NCBI GenBank assembly: GCA_047602405.1
Contig: JASGHJ010000002.1
Location: 2,048,001 to 2,112,000, forward strand
Direction of reading: 5' to 3'
Source of the DNA: Anaeromyxobacteraceae bacterium
Lineage (GTDB): Bacteria; Myxococcota; Myxococcia; Myxococcales; Anaeromyxobacteraceae
Length of the DNA: 64,000 nucleotides
This document shows positions 53,024 through 62,838 of this stretch, piece after piece. Below the pieces are notes generated by a model. It did not search any database. It saw only the letters and a list, made by a program, of their open reading frames with translations, and was not told the DNA's origin. Position 1 is the first letter of the stretch. Every line of letters begins with the position of its first letter. The position numbers and the translations under genes were made by a program.

Positions 53024-54724
53024 TTGCCCGGCCCCTCCAGAGCAGCCTCGCCCCGGGCCCGGCCCGCGACGGCCCTGGCCACGCCGGCGATCGCCGCCGG
53101 CCTCGCCGCCGTGGCGTTCGCGCTGTTCGCCCGCACCGGCGCGCACGGCTTCCTCCTCTGGGACGACCAGGCCTACGTCACTGGCAACGCGCGGGTCCTC
53201 GGCGGGCTCTCGCGCGAGAGCGCCGCCTGGGCGCTCACCACGTTCCACCACGCGAACTGGCACCCGCTCACCTGGCTCTCGTTCCTGCTCGACGCCTCGC
53301 TGTCCGGCGCCGCGCCGGGCGCGATGCACCTCGAGAACGCCGCGCTCCACGCCGCGAACGCGGCGCTCGTCTTTCTCGCGCTCCTCCGGCTCACCGGCGC
53401 GCGCTGGCGGAGCGCCCTCGTCGCGGCCCTCTTCGCGGTGCACCCGACCCGCGTCGAGGCGGTGGCCTGGGTCTCGGAGCGGAAGGAGCTCCTCTCGACG
53501 CTCTTCGGGCTCCTCGCGATCCTCGCCCACGCGGCGTACGCCCGCCGGCCCTCGGCGTGGCGGTACGCGCTCGTCGTCGCCGCGGCGGCCGCGAGCCTCG
53601 CCTCGAAGGCGATGCTCGTCACCCTGCCCTTCCTCCTCCTCGGCCTCGATGCGTGGCCGCTCGACCGGCTCCGCGCGGGAGGCTGGCGGCGGGCGCTCCT
53701 CGAGAAGGTGCCGCTCCTCGCGCTATCGGCCGGCTGCGCCGCGCTCACCTACGCCGCGCAGGCCCGGGGCGGAGGGATCCCCGCGGTGGCCCTCCCGTTC
53801 GGCGAGCGGCTCGCCGGCGCGGTCGTGGCGCCGGTCCGGTACGCGGGGCTCCTCGCGTGGCCGTCCGGGCTGTCGGCGCTCTACCCGCTGCGCGACGGCG
53901 GGCCTCCGCCCTGGCAGGTCGCGGGCGCCGCGGTGCTCGTCGCCGGCGCGCTCGCGGCCGCGTTCGCGCTGCGGGGCCGCGCGCCCTGGTTCGCGGTGGG
54001 GCTGTGCGGGTTCCTCGGCACGCTCGTCCCGGTCGTGGGGCTCGTGCAGGTGGGCGCGCAGGCGCTCGCCGACCGCTACACGTACTTCCCGGCCCTGGGC
54101 CTCTTCCTCGTGGTGGCGTGGGGCGCCGCCGCGCTCGCGCGCGGCCCGGCGCGCGGCGCGGTGGTCGCCGCGGCGGTGGCGGCCCTCGTCGCGCTCTCCG
54201 CGGTCACCTGGCAGCGGATCGCGCTGTGGGGCGACGAGGTGGCGCTGTTCCAGGATGCCCTCGCCGCGACCGGCGAGAACGGTCGCGCGAGCACGCTCCT
54301 CGCCCTCGCGCTGCTCCACCGGGGCCGCGCCGGGGAGGCGCTCGCGCCGGCGGCGGACGGGACGCGGCTCGCGCCGGGCGACGCGATGGGCTGGCTCGCG
54401 CTCGGGCTCGCCGCGCGCGACACCGGCCGGGACGAGGAGGCCCTCCGCGGGCTCCGCGAGGCGGTGAAGCGTGCCCCCGACCTGCGGCAGGCGTGGGCGG
54501 CGCTCGCGGGGGCGCTGTCGCAGGCCGGCCGCAGCGCCGAGGCCGTCGAGGCCTTCCGCGCCTACCTCGCGCTCGCGCCCCGCGACGCCGACGCCTGGGC
54601 GCTCCTCGTCTGGGAGCTCGCGCGGCTCGAGCGCTACGCCGAGGCACGCGAGGCGTACGAGCGGCTCCAGGCGATCGACGCCGCGGCCGCGGCGCGCCTG
54701 CGGCGCGAGCTCGGCGGTCGGTAG
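53024..54724 (+). CDS. TMTC-like GT-C membrane protein with TPRs (copy 5)
   Basis: LWDDQAYV, NWHPLTWLS, HPTRVEAVAWVSERKE, ADRYTYFP. Confidence 0.85.
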   Translation: MPGPSRAASPRARPATALATPAIAAGLAAVAFALFARTGAHGFLLWDDQAYVTGNARVLGGLSRESAAWALTTFHHANWHPLTWLSFLLDASLSGAAPGAMHLENAALHAANAALVFLALLRLTGARWRSALVAALFAVHPTRVEAVAWVSERKELLSTLFGLLAILAHAAYARRPSAWRYALVVAAAAASLASKAMLVTLPFLLLGLDAWPLDRLRAGGWRRALLEKVPLLALSAGCAALTYAAQARGGGIPAVALPFGERLAGAVVAPVRYAGLLAWPSGLSALYPLRDGGPPPWQVAGAAVLVAGALAAAFALRGRAPWFAVGLCGFLGTLVPVVGLVQVGAQALADRYTYFPALGLFLVVAWGAAALARGPARGAVVAAAVAALVALSAVTWQRIALWGDEVALFQDALAATGENGRASTLLALALLHRGRAGEALAPAADGTRLAPGDAMGWLALGLAARDTGRDEEALRGLREAVKRAPDLRQAWAALAGALSQAGRSAEAVEAFRAYLALAPRDADAWALLVWELARLERYAEAREAYERLQAIDAAAAARLRRELGGR

Positions 54725-54751
54725 CGGCGAGCCGGCGGCTCCAGGACCACG

Positions 54752-54792
54752 AAAAGCGAAGCGGGCGGACCCGGTGGGCCCGCCCGCTCGCG
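54752..54792 (-). terminator. Hairpin terminator between convergent genes
   Basis: gcgggcgg...ccgcccgc stem, followed by TTCGCTTTT on the minus strand. Confidence 0.55.
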
Positions 54793-54815
54793 AACTTGCG
54801 CCTGCTGGACCGCCG

Positions 54816-55553
54816 CTACCCGGCCTTGTGCGCCGGGGCGGCGCCGTGGCCGCCGTGGCCGTGGCCGCCGACGAGCTTCTCGACCGGCACGCCCTCCATG
54901 CGGGCGAGCTCCACCGGGTGCTCGTGCAGCATGCGCTCGCGGGAGATCTTGCCCGTGAAGATGCCGGTGTCGAACGGGAAGACGTCCGGGTTCAGGTGCG
55001 CGTTGAAGATGTGCCAGATGGTGATGACGAAGAACGCCATCAGGCCCTCGTTCGAGTGCGCCATCTTCGCGGCCGGGATGATCTGGCCGGGGATGATCAT
55101 CGAGGCCGTCACCGGGAAGAACAGGACGAGGCCGGTGACCACCATGATCACGTTGCCGGCGACGAGGCCCCAGTACTCGAACTTCTGCTTGTAGTCGTAA
55201 CGGTCGTACAGCGGCTGCTGATCCGTCACGCCCATGTAGTACTTGAGCTGGGTGAACGCGTCGACGAAGTCCTGCCGCGTCGGCACCATCGACCAGCGCG
55301 CCTTCTTCTGGATCATCAGCAGGAAGGTGTTGCCGAAGTGGACCACCGTCGAGGCGGCGAGCACGAGCCCGCAGATCCGGTGGACCCACCGCATGGTGTC
55401 GAAGCCGAAGAACAGGTGGACGGTCGTCTGGGCCCACCCGGCCGCGTAGAACTTCTGCGGCAGGCCGGTGATGCACAGGAGCACGAAGGTCACCATGGTG
55501 ACCATGTGCTCGATGCGCTGGCTGAGGTTGAAGCGGACGACGTACGTGCTCAT
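54816..55553 (-). CDS. Diheme cytochrome b (FdnI/HydC-like; CbcB or CbcL b-domain-like)
   Basis: RFNLSQRIEH, ITGLPQKF, WVHR, YDYKQKFEYW, AHSNE, IWHIFNAH, EHPVE; His-rich tail. Confidence 0.88.
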   Translation of the reverse strand: MSTYVVRFNLSQRIEHMVTMVTFVLLCITGLPQKFYAAGWAQTTVHLFFGFDTMRWVHRICGLVLAASTVVHFGNTFLLMIQKKARWSMVPTRQDFVDAFTQLKYYMGVTDQQPLYDRYDYKQKFEYWGLVAGNVIMVVTGLVLFFPVTASMIIPGQIIPAAKMAHSNEGLMAFFVITIWHIFNAHLNPDVFPFDTGIFTGKISRERMLHEHPVELARMEGVPVEKLVGGHGHGGHGAAPAHKAG

Positions 55554-56593
55554 CGATTCACCACGGTGCGCCAGAGGTGCAGCGCGATCTGGAGGGAGAG
55601 CCCGCCCACCATGAACGGGATCATGAACTTGTAGAAGAGGAGGACCACCCAGACGATCGGCGCCTTCTCCGGCGACGGCTCGTAGTGGGAGAGCCACGCC
55701 CTCGGGAAGGTCGCCGTCGCGCCCTCGTGGCAGCGCGAGCAGGTCTTCTGCAGGTTCGCCTGGATGACGGTCGAGGTCGGGTCGTTCGTCTTCTGGATGT
55801 CGTGGATGCCGTGGCAGTCGGTGCAGCCGGCCACGATGCGCTGCGCCGGGCCCTTCTTCTGGCCCTTCGACAGCTGGGCGCCCATGCCGTGGAAGTCGGC
55901 GAGGTACGTCTTCACGACGTTCGGCGAGATGCCGTACTTGTTCATCAGCTCCACGTTGGAGTGGCAGCGGCCGCACATCTCGGCGGTGCGGAGCGAGAGG
56001 GCGCCGCCGTCGCGCGGGTCGGTCGCCTCGTGCGGGCGGTGGCAGTCGGTGCAGACCGGCACGTCCTGGTTCGTGTCGACCGCGCGGCCGTGGACCGACT
56101 GCTTGTAGGTCGCCGCCTGCGTCGGGTGGCAGCCCATGCACTTCGCGGCCACCTTCGTGCGCGACTCCTTCGCGGAGACGATGTCGTGCGCACCGTGGCA
56201 CTCGCCGCACGCCGGCGTCTTCTGCGAGCCGGCCGCGATCTTCGCGAAGTGGATGCCGTCGAGGAGCTTCGTGTACTTGTCGAGGTGGCAGCCCTTGCAG
56301 TTCTCGAAGTACGCGCGCGACGCCTCGTGGCGGGTCTTGTACGGGAGCTCGCCGGTGGCGTGGTCCGCCTTCTTCCCGACGTGGCAGTCCGTGCACTTGT
56401 TGTTCTCGCCGTGCACCGACTTGGCGAAGACCTCCTTGTTCACGTACAGGCCGAGCTTCTCGCCCGACGGGAGGTCGAAGGTCTGGTTGGGATCCTCGTG
56501 ACAGCCGAGGCACTCCTCCGACTCGGCCGGGATGCCGGCGCGGGCCGGCAAGGCGACCGTCAGACAGAGGAGCGGAAGGATGAATCTCGTCAT
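55550..56593 (-). CDS. Nonaheme cytochrome c with a C-terminal membrane anchor (CbcL c-domain/CbcA-like)
   Basis: Signal peptide; 9 CxxCH counted; C-terminal TM; ATGA overlap with the cytochrome b gene. Confidence 0.9.
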   Translation of the reverse strand: MTRFILPLLCLTVALPARAGIPAESEECLGCHEDPNQTFDLPSGEKLGLYVNKEVFAKSVHGENNKCTDCHVGKKADHATGELPYKTRHEASRAYFENCKGCHLDKYTKLLDGIHFAKIAAGSQKTPACGECHGAHDIVSAKESRTKVAAKCMGCHPTQAATYKQSVHGRAVDTNQDVPVCTDCHRPHEATDPRDGGALSLRTAEMCGRCHSNVELMNKYGISPNVVKTYLADFHGMGAQLSKGQKKGPAQRIVAGCTDCHGIHDIQKTNDPTSTVIQANLQKTCSRCHEGATATFPRAWLSHYEPSPEKAPIVWVVLLFYKFMIPFMVGGLSLQIALHLWRTVVNR

Positions 56594-56827
56594 GGGCAAC
56601 CCTCGCGGGATCACGTTCCTCGATCCCTGCACAAATCGGACGCGGCGTTTCCTACCAGCGAGCGGCCTCTGGACGCAATGGCATAACGCCCCGTAAGCCG
56701 CTGAAAATTCACGAACATTCGTCGGTGGGACCACCCGGATTTGCGCGCGCAGAAAAAGCGTTTGGCGCCCAACTCCCCCGACCCCTGCGCAGGTTTGCAC
56801 CTTTGCCCGAGCGGGACCGGGGGAGCA

Positions 56828-56841
56828 TTGACGTGCGTCAG
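56828..56841. promoter_or_regulatory. FNR/CRP-like site upstream of the cytochrome c/b pair
   Basis: TTGAC-GTGC-GTCAG; only a weak -10 at class II spacing. Confidence 0.4.
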
Positions 56842-57007
56842 TTCTCGGCGCGACACGGCGCCGCGCTCGCGCGCTCGAACGCACAGCGGGTCCGCGTCAT
56901 GCCCGCCCGCCCGGCCGCGCCTCCTGCGGCGCTTCGCCGCGATCGGCGGCGGACGGGCGACGCTCCGCGGGGGCGACCTCGGTGGCGCGCGAAAGACGTG
57001 CGGGCCC

Positions 57008-58783
57008 TCAGCGTGCCCGCGGCGCCCAGCCCTCGGCCTCGAGCCGCGCGAGCCGGACCTCGACCGGCTCCCGGGTCGGCGCCGCCGCGAGCCGCGCGCG
57101 CGCCTCGGCGGCGCGCCCCGACCTGAGCAGCACGATCGCGAGCCCGTCCTCGAGGAGCGCGTCTCCCGGCGATCGCTCGAGCGCCGCGCGGAGGCCCCCC
57201 TCCGCTGCGCGCGGGTCCCCCGCCTCCAGCCGCGCCATCGCGAGCCAGAACGCCGGCGGGGCGACGCGCGGATACGCGCTGGCGACGGGCGCGAGCACGT
57301 CCCCTGCCAGGGCCGGTTCGCCCGCGCGGAGCAGGATGAGCCCGAGCTCCTGCCCGAACTCGGGCGACGGGCGTAGGGCCTCGGCCTCGCGGTGGGCAAC
57401 GACCGCCTCGGGGGCGCGGCGGCGCTGGGCGAGCCAGAGCGCCCGCGCCCTGAGGCGCGTCTCGGGAGACGTCGCGTCCCTGGCCACCCGCTCCAGCACC
57501 TCGTAGGCCTCTCGCACCCGGCCGGCCTCGCCGAGCTGGTCGGAGTACATCCAGGCCGCGAAGAGCGCGTCGGGGGCCTCGGCCGCCGCGCGCGCCCAGA
57601 GCGCGAGGTCGGAGGCGTAGGCCCGCGAGCGCTGGAACGTCCAGGTCCCTGCCCCGAGCACGAGCGCCGCGGCCGCGACCGCGGCGAGCCGCTCCCCGGC
57701 GCGGCCTCCGAGCCGCGCGAGCCCCCAGCCCCAGAGCGCCGTGGCGCCCGGGAGCGCGAGGTACTGGAGGTGATTGGCGACCGGCGCGATCTGCCGGTAG
57801 GCCATGTCGACGAGCCCCAGCACGGGGAGGACGAGGAGCAGGTGCCACCCGAGGGCGAGCCGCAGCGGCCCGAGCGCGCGCGCCCGCCCGGACACGAGCC
57901 CGCCGATCACCGCTACCCCGCCGGCCGCGCGCACCAGGTACGCGACCGCCTCCCGGGGCGGAGCCTCCGGGTACGTCACCGCGACGCCCCAGGGGAAGAA
58001 GGCGCGCTGCACGTAGTCACCGAGCGCGTACCCCGCGTCGGCGAGGCGCGCCAGCGCCCCGCGAGGCACCACCGTCGCCGTGCTCATCGCGTTGCCGTGC
58101 TGGAAGAGCAGCGTCCCCGCGCCCGCGACGAGCGAGAGCACCGCGAACGGCGCGAGCCTGCGCAGCGTCCTCTGGTCCAGGGGTGCGCCGAGCGCCCACT
58201 CCGCTCCGAGGACCGCGAGGGGGAACGCCACCACCGAGGTCTTCGCGAGGAGCGCCAGGGCGAAGAGCCCGAGCGACGCGGCGCGCAGCGTCCGGCCCCG
58301 CTCCCCGCCGTCGCGCGCGTGCAGCCACGCGAGCGCGGAGCCGAAGAGGAGCACCCCCGAGAGCACGTTCTTGAGCTCGGACACCCACGCGACGGACTCG
58401 ACCGCCACGGGGTGGACCGCGAAGAGCGCGGCGCCCACCCACGCGCCGGGCACCCTCGCGCGCAGGAGCACGCGCCACAGCAGCAAGGCCGCCGCGGCGT
58501 CCAGGGCCACGTTGATCGCATGGTACCCGGCCGCGGAGTCCCCGAAGACTCGCCACTCGAGCCAGAGGACCGACCAGGTGAGCGGCCAGTAGTCCCACGC
58601 GTCGGCGGTGAACCAGATCCGCCAGAGCGGGCCGCGCACGACGCTCTCGGGCCCGAGGAGCGCGTGATCGTCGTAGACGAAGCCGCCCGCGAGGGCCGGC
58701 GCGAAGGCCGCGAACACGAGCAGCACCAGCGCGGCGCCGAGCGCGAGCTCGGGCGGGGCGGCGCGTGTCGCGGGGCGGGGCAC
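57008..58783 (-). CDS. TMTC-like GT-C membrane protein with TPRs (copy 6)
   Basis: FVYDDHAL, DYWPLTW, HPVAVESVAWVSELKNVL, LAKT, TPR-like C-terminus. Confidence 0.83.
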   Translation of the reverse strand: MPRPATRAAPPELALGAALVLLVFAAFAPALAGGFVYDDHALLGPESVVRGPLWRIWFTADAWDYWPLTWSVLWLEWRVFGDSAAGYHAINVALDAAAALLLWRVLLRARVPGAWVGAALFAVHPVAVESVAWVSELKNVLSGVLLFGSALAWLHARDGGERGRTLRAASLGLFALALLAKTSVVAFPLAVLGAEWALGAPLDQRTLRRLAPFAVLSLVAGAGTLLFQHGNAMSTATVVPRGALARLADAGYALGDYVQRAFFPWGVAVTYPEAPPREAVAYLVRAAGGVAVIGGLVSGRARALGPLRLALGWHLLLVLPVLGLVDMAYRQIAPVANHLQYLALPGATALWGWGLARLGGRAGERLAAVAAAALVLGAGTWTFQRSRAYASDLALWARAAAEAPDALFAAWMYSDQLGEAGRVREAYEVLERVARDATSPETRLRARALWLAQRRRAPEAVVAHREAEALRPSPEFGQELGLILLRAGEPALAGDVLAPVASAYPRVAPPAFWLAMARLEAGDPRAAEGGLRAALERSPGDALLEDGLAIVLLRSGRAAEARARLAAAPTREPVEVRLARLEAEGWAPRAR

Positions 58784-58861
58784 GCCGCTTCGTTACCACG
58801 AATAGACGAGGCGCGCGGCCTGGGTGGCCCGCGCGCCCGTGACCCTCGTGCTGCTGGATCC

Positions 58862-59554
58862 TCAGACCGTCAGGAACGACTGCACGAGCTTCCGCCAGCC
58901 GTCCTCGCCCATCAGCCAGGGCTCGGGGGCGAGCAGCTCGCCGCCGTCGGCGGCCGCGAAGCCGAGCTGGTCCTCGAGGAACCGGCTCCACCGCGCGGAC
59001 TCGCGCTTCAGCCAGCCCTCGGCCGTCGGGCCCTGCGGGAGCGCCGACCAGCTCGCGTCGGCGGGGCGCAGCGCGACGAGCCAGCCCTTGCCGTAGCCGT
59101 CGCGCTTCACGAGCGCGGGGTCGCGGACGACCGCCGCGTTCACGCCGACCACGAACGCCGGCACCGGCGTGCGGATCTGGATCTCGCGCCCGCCGCCGGA
59201 CAGCGTCGCGATGACGTCGCCGCGCTCGACCTTCGTCCCGGCGCGCGGCACCTCGACGGAGGTCACCGACGGCAGGAGCCGCTGGGCGATGTCGTCGACG
59301 CCGAGCTCGAGCGCCCCGCCCTTCCTGGCCGCGAGCCAGGTGTGGCCGGGGGCGTAGGCGACGCCCGGACGGAAGCGGACGCCGGCGACCGAGGCGAGGC
59401 CGAGCTTTCGCTCGTGGCTCCGCTGGAGGCCGCGGCGGACGAGGGCGAAGAGGATCGCGGGGATCGCGAGGACCGCCGCCATCAGGACGACGATGCCGAC
59501 CCGGGCGGCGATGCCGGAGAGGAAGACGCCGAGGCTGGTGAGCAGTGCGGTCAT
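58862..59554 (-). CDS. Membrane-anchored GcvH-like protein lacking the lipoyl-lysine
   Basis: N-terminal TM; GHTWL, LGVDDIAQ, VN...DP.LV..D.YGKGWL; the ESVK position reads SGGG. Confidence 0.8.
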   Translation of the reverse strand: MTALLTSLGVFLSGIAARVGIVVLMAAVLAIPAILFALVRRGLQRSHERKLGLASVAGVRFRPGVAYAPGHTWLAARKGGALELGVDDIAQRLLPSVTSVEVPRAGTKVERGDVIATLSGGGREIQIRTPVPAFVVGVNAAVVRDPALVKRDGYGKGWLVALRPADASWSALPQGPTAEGWLKRESARWSRFLEDQLGFAAADGGELLAPEPWLMGEDGWRKLVQSFLTV

Positions 59555-59612
59555 GACCCGTTCCCCCCGGAAGCATCGGCCGGCCCCGCCGAGGCGGGGC
59601 CGGCCTGGTGGA

Positions 59613-59966
59613 TTACTGCGCGTGACACATGCTGCAGTCGTCGAAGGCGAACGCCTTCTTGCCCTTGCCGTGGCACTGGCCGCACGCCTCGCCCTGCTTC
59701 TCCATGCGATCGTGGGTGATGGCCGGGCCGCGCTTCTCGGCCGAGCGGCCCAGGATGCTGAAGCCGCTCGGCTGGGTGTGGCAGGTGACGCAGTTCGGCT
59801 TCTTGTCGTCGACGTGCGTGGCGTGGTCGAACTTCACCACGCCGGGGCTGTCGGGCGACTGCGGCATCACGACGGGCTGCGGCAGCTTCGCGAGGCCGCC
59901 CGCGAGGGCGCGGCCACCGAGGAGGAGCGCCCCCAGGGACACTGCGATGAGTGCGAGCTTCTTCAT
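59613..59966 (-). CDS. Triheme c7-type periplasmic cytochrome
   Basis: Signal peptide; VKFDHATH; CVTCH, CGQCH, CSMCH. Confidence 0.9.
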   Translation of the reverse strand: MKKLALIAVSLGALLLGGRALAGGLAKLPQPVVMPQSPDSPGVVKFDHATHVDDKKPNCVTCHTQPSGFSILGRSAEKRGPAITHDRMEKQGEACGQCHGKGKKAFAFDDCSMCHAQ

Positions 59967-59979
59967 GGCGTCGCTCCGA

Positions 59980-60720
59980 TCAGGTGAGGAAGTGCTGGCG
60001 GGCGAGCTGATCCCAGTCGTCGCCGGCGAGGGTCTGGGCGATGCCGTGGATCGGCGAGCCGCCGTCCTGCATCACGTGGACGAGCTGCGGGTCCATGCGG
60101 AGCGCGATGGCCTCGCCCGCGTCCTCCAGGAAGCGGCGGGCGGGGTTCTCGGCCAGGAGCTGCCGGAAGTTCGCGGCGAGGCGGGGCGCCTTCACCTTGA
60201 ACAGCCAGCCGGCGCCGTACGGGTCCTGCAGGGAGTCGGGCTTCTCGCGGGCGGCGGCGTTGACCGCGACCACGGTGCCGTCGACCGGCGACAGCATGGG
60301 GACCATGCGGGCGTCGTGGCCGATCTCGAGGGCCGGCTCGCCCTGGGCGACCTTCTCGCCCAGCGCGGGGAGGTCCACGCTGCCGGGCCCGACGAGCTTC
60401 GCGGCGAAGTCGTCGATGCCCACCGACACGAGGCCGTCGGCCTCGAGCCGCGCCCAGGTGTGGCCCGGGTGCAGGTGCACGCCGGCCGGGACCTGGAACC
60501 AGCCCTGCGCCGGGCGGAGCGCGGTGGCGCCGGCCGCCCGCGCCGCGGGGGCGCGGAGGACCTGCGTCGCCGGCTTCTTCACGTCCACCTGGATCGCCGC
60601 CTCCACCTTCTTGCCGCCCTGGACGTAGCGCCAGAACGGGATGAACAGGAGCAGGTAGCTGACCGCGAGGATGTACTCGGCCGCCTTGGCGCCGTAGATG
60701 CTCAGGAAGTCGTGGCTCAT
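59980..60720 (-). CDS. Second membrane-anchored GcvH-like protein lacking the lipoyl-lysine
   Basis: N-terminal TM; HPGHTWA, VGIDDFA, SPVDGTVVAVN, DPYGAGWLFKVK; the ESVK position reads GHDA. Confidence 0.82.
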   Translation of the reverse strand: MSHDFLSIYGAKAAEYILAVSYLLLFIPFWRYVQGGKKVEAAIQVDVKKPATQVLRAPAARAAGATALRPAQGWFQVPAGVHLHPGHTWARLEADGLVSVGIDDFAAKLVGPGSVDLPALGEKVAQGEPALEIGHDARMVPMLSPVDGTVVAVNAAAREKPDSLQDPYGAGWLFKVKAPRLAANFRQLLAENPARRFLEDAGEAIALRMDPQLVHVMQDGGSPIHGIAQTLAGDDWDQLARQHFLT

Positions 60721-60730
60721 GGCGTCCTCC

Positions 60731-61951
60731 TCAGTGCGCCGCGGGGAACCGCGGGTCTTCCTTCAGGATGGGCATGCGGTTGACGATCCAGCGGAAGAGC
60801 AGGACGCCGATGAGGCACAGCGTCACCGACACCCAGATCTCCATCCAGCTCGGGACGTACCGGACCTCGTTCTGCCAGTTGAACGCGAAGACCGAGACGT
60901 TGAGGCGGTTGAAGGCGATGCCGCACACGCCGAGCACGCCCGCGATGCGGACGAGCACGATGTTCTCGTTCCGCGCGCCGATGGCGTACAGCATCGACGG
61001 CAGGAGCACGAACCCGAGGATCTCGGTGAGGAACAGCGTGCCGTAGCCGGTGGTGAGGTAGCCCCACGCGTGCCCGTCGATCACGCCCTGCAGCTTCAGG
61101 AAGAAGTAGGCGAAGAAGACGAGCGCGCCGGCCTTGGCGAGCCCGAACTGCAGCTTGTCGAGGTCGACGTGGTGGTCGACCTGGCTCTGGAAGGCGCGGT
61201 GCGAGAGCCAGCCCTCCACGACGACCATCGAGATGCCGGCCATGATCGCGGAGATGAAGAAGAAGATGAAGATGAAGGGCGTGTACCAGAGCGGGTGGAG
61301 CTTCGTCGGGGCGAGCAGGAAGAGCGACCCGAGCGCCGACTGGTGCATGGTCGAGAACATGACCGAGAGCACCGTGAGGGCGATGAGCGCCTTCTTCATC
61401 ATGGCCTGCCACTTCTTCAGGCCGAGCCACTCGGAGGCGGGGAGCGTGAACTCGAGGAAGAGCACCGTCGAGTAGCACATCACGCACCAGGCGACCTCGA
61501 AGAGGGCCGAGGCGGTGCCGTAGTTGAAGATGGCCATGACGATGTTCCACGGCCGGCCGAGGTCGGCGAGCAGGCCGACGATGGCCATCACGTAGCCGAG
61601 GAACGCGGTCAGGATCGCGGGCCGCTCGATCGGGTGGTACTGCTTCAGCCCGAAGAGCTGGACGGTCGCGCCGATCGTGAACCCGCCGGCGGCGAGCACG
61701 ATGCCGGTCATCATGTCGAACCCGATCCAGAGCCCCCACGGGAAGGACTGGTTCAGGTTCGTCGTGGCGGCGAGGCCCACGATGAAGCGGATGGCGAGCA
61801 GCGGGAGGCCGACGGCGAGGATGATCGCCGAGACGATGTTGAACGGGGTGATGAGCGACTTCAGGTACGCCTTGAAGTCCATCCCCAGGAAGATCTTCTC
61901 GCGGACGAACGCCTGGACGGGCGACATGGCGACGGTCTCCGGGCTAGCCAT
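60731..61951 (-). CDS. NrfD/PsrC-family integral membrane subunit (HybB/HmcC-like)
   Basis: PWGLWIGFD, LAAGGF, DLGRPW, FEVAWCVMCY, STMHQSALGSL, KLHPLW, NRLNV, YVPSWME. Confidence 0.92.
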   Translation of the reverse strand: MASPETVAMSPVQAFVREKIFLGMDFKAYLKSLITPFNIVSAIILAVGLPLLAIRFIVGLAATTNLNQSFPWGLWIGFDMMTGIVLAAGGFTIGATVQLFGLKQYHPIERPAILTAFLGYVMAIVGLLADLGRPWNIVMAIFNYGTASALFEVAWCVMCYSTVLFLEFTLPASEWLGLKKWQAMMKKALIALTVLSVMFSTMHQSALGSLFLLAPTKLHPLWYTPFIFIFFFISAIMAGISMVVVEGWLSHRAFQSQVDHHVDLDKLQFGLAKAGALVFFAYFFLKLQGVIDGHAWGYLTTGYGTLFLTEILGFVLLPSMLYAIGARNENIVLVRIAGVLGVCGIAFNRLNVSVFAFNWQNEVRYVPSWMEIWVSVTLCLIGVLLFRWIVNRMPILKEDPRFPAAH

Positions 61952-62822
61952 GGTGGTCTTCCTTCTCGTGCTTGGCGGCCTCGTCGCGGCTCTTCGAGAA
62001 CGCGAAGAGTCCCATGAGGAGCGGCGGCCAGAGGGTCATCACGAACGGCGGGGCGCCGAGCGCGCCGGAGACGAGCTCCGGGATGGGCTTCTTCGGGACG
62101 TCGTCGCGGAAGCCGAGCTTGTCGAGCTCGACGTCGGAGATGTAGAGCCAGCTCGTCCCGCCGGCCTCGGTCTCGCCGTAGACGTGCGGGATGTACTTGC
62201 CCGGGTTGGTGTAGATGCGGGTCTTCGCGAGCTCGAGCAGCTCGTCACGCTTGCCGAACGTGAGCGCGCCGGTCGGGCAGACCTCGGTGCACGCGGGCTT
62301 CAGGCCCTTCGCCTGCCGCTCCGCGCAGAAGGTGCACTTGCGGACCCGCGGCTTCCACGACTCGTACTCGTACTTCGGCACGTCGAACGGGCACGCGATC
62401 ATGCAGTAGCGGCAGCCCATGCACTTGTTCGCGTTGTAGACGACCGGGCCGGTGGGCAGCTTGTCCATCGCGCGGACCGGGCAGGCCGACGCGCAGCCGG
62501 GCGCGATGCAGTGCATGCACTGCTTCTTCGCGAACCGGACGGTGCCGTCCTCCTTCGCCGTCTTGTTGACGACCGTGAACACCTGCTGCGACATCTCACG
62601 GCGCCCGTCCATCACGGCGTCGTCCACCGGCGGGGCCGGCAGCTCGTTCGACTCGGAGCACGCGGCCTCGCAGCCCCGGCAGCCCACGCACAGCGTGGTG
62701 TCGACGAGCACGCCGGGCGTCGTGACGGCGCCCTCGTGCACTGCAGCGTTCGCCGCGGAAGCGCCGGCTGCACCGGCTGCCACCGCGGCGGTCTGGATGA
62801 ATCCTCTGCGTCCGATCTTCAT
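61944..62822 (-). CDS. Tat-exported 4Fe-4S subunit (HybA/HmcB-like) with a C-terminal anchor
   Basis: MKIGRRGFI; CVGCRGCEAAC; CMHCIAPGCASACP; CMGCRYCMIACPF; KCTFC...ACTEVCP; YGETEAGGT. Confidence 0.93.
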   Translation of the reverse strand: MKIGRRGFIQTAAVAAGAAGASAANAAVHEGAVTTPGVLVDTTLCVGCRGCEAACSESNELPAPPVDDAVMDGRREMSQQVFTVVNKTAKEDGTVRFAKKQCMHCIAPGCASACPVRAMDKLPTGPVVYNANKCMGCRYCMIACPFDVPKYEYESWKPRVRKCTFCAERQAKGLKPACTEVCPTGALTFGKRDELLELAKTRIYTNPGKYIPHVYGETEAGGTSWLYISDVELDKLGFRDDVPKKPIPELVSGALGAPPFVMTLWPPLLMGLFAFSKSRDEAAKHEKEDHHG

Positions 62823-62838
62823 AAGGCCCCTCCCTCTT

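Noticed and set aside
56627..56644. sigma54 promoter for the cytochrome c/b pair
   Set aside because: A -12 TGC is present, but the -24 position reads CG rather than GG
58862..60720. Glycine cleavage system
   Set aside because: No gcvP, gcvT or lpd, and the H-like proteins lack the lipoyl-Lys
60731..62822. Hydrogenase-2 or formate dehydrogenase operon
   Set aside because: No NiFe small or large subunit, maturation genes or molybdopterin subunit in the operon
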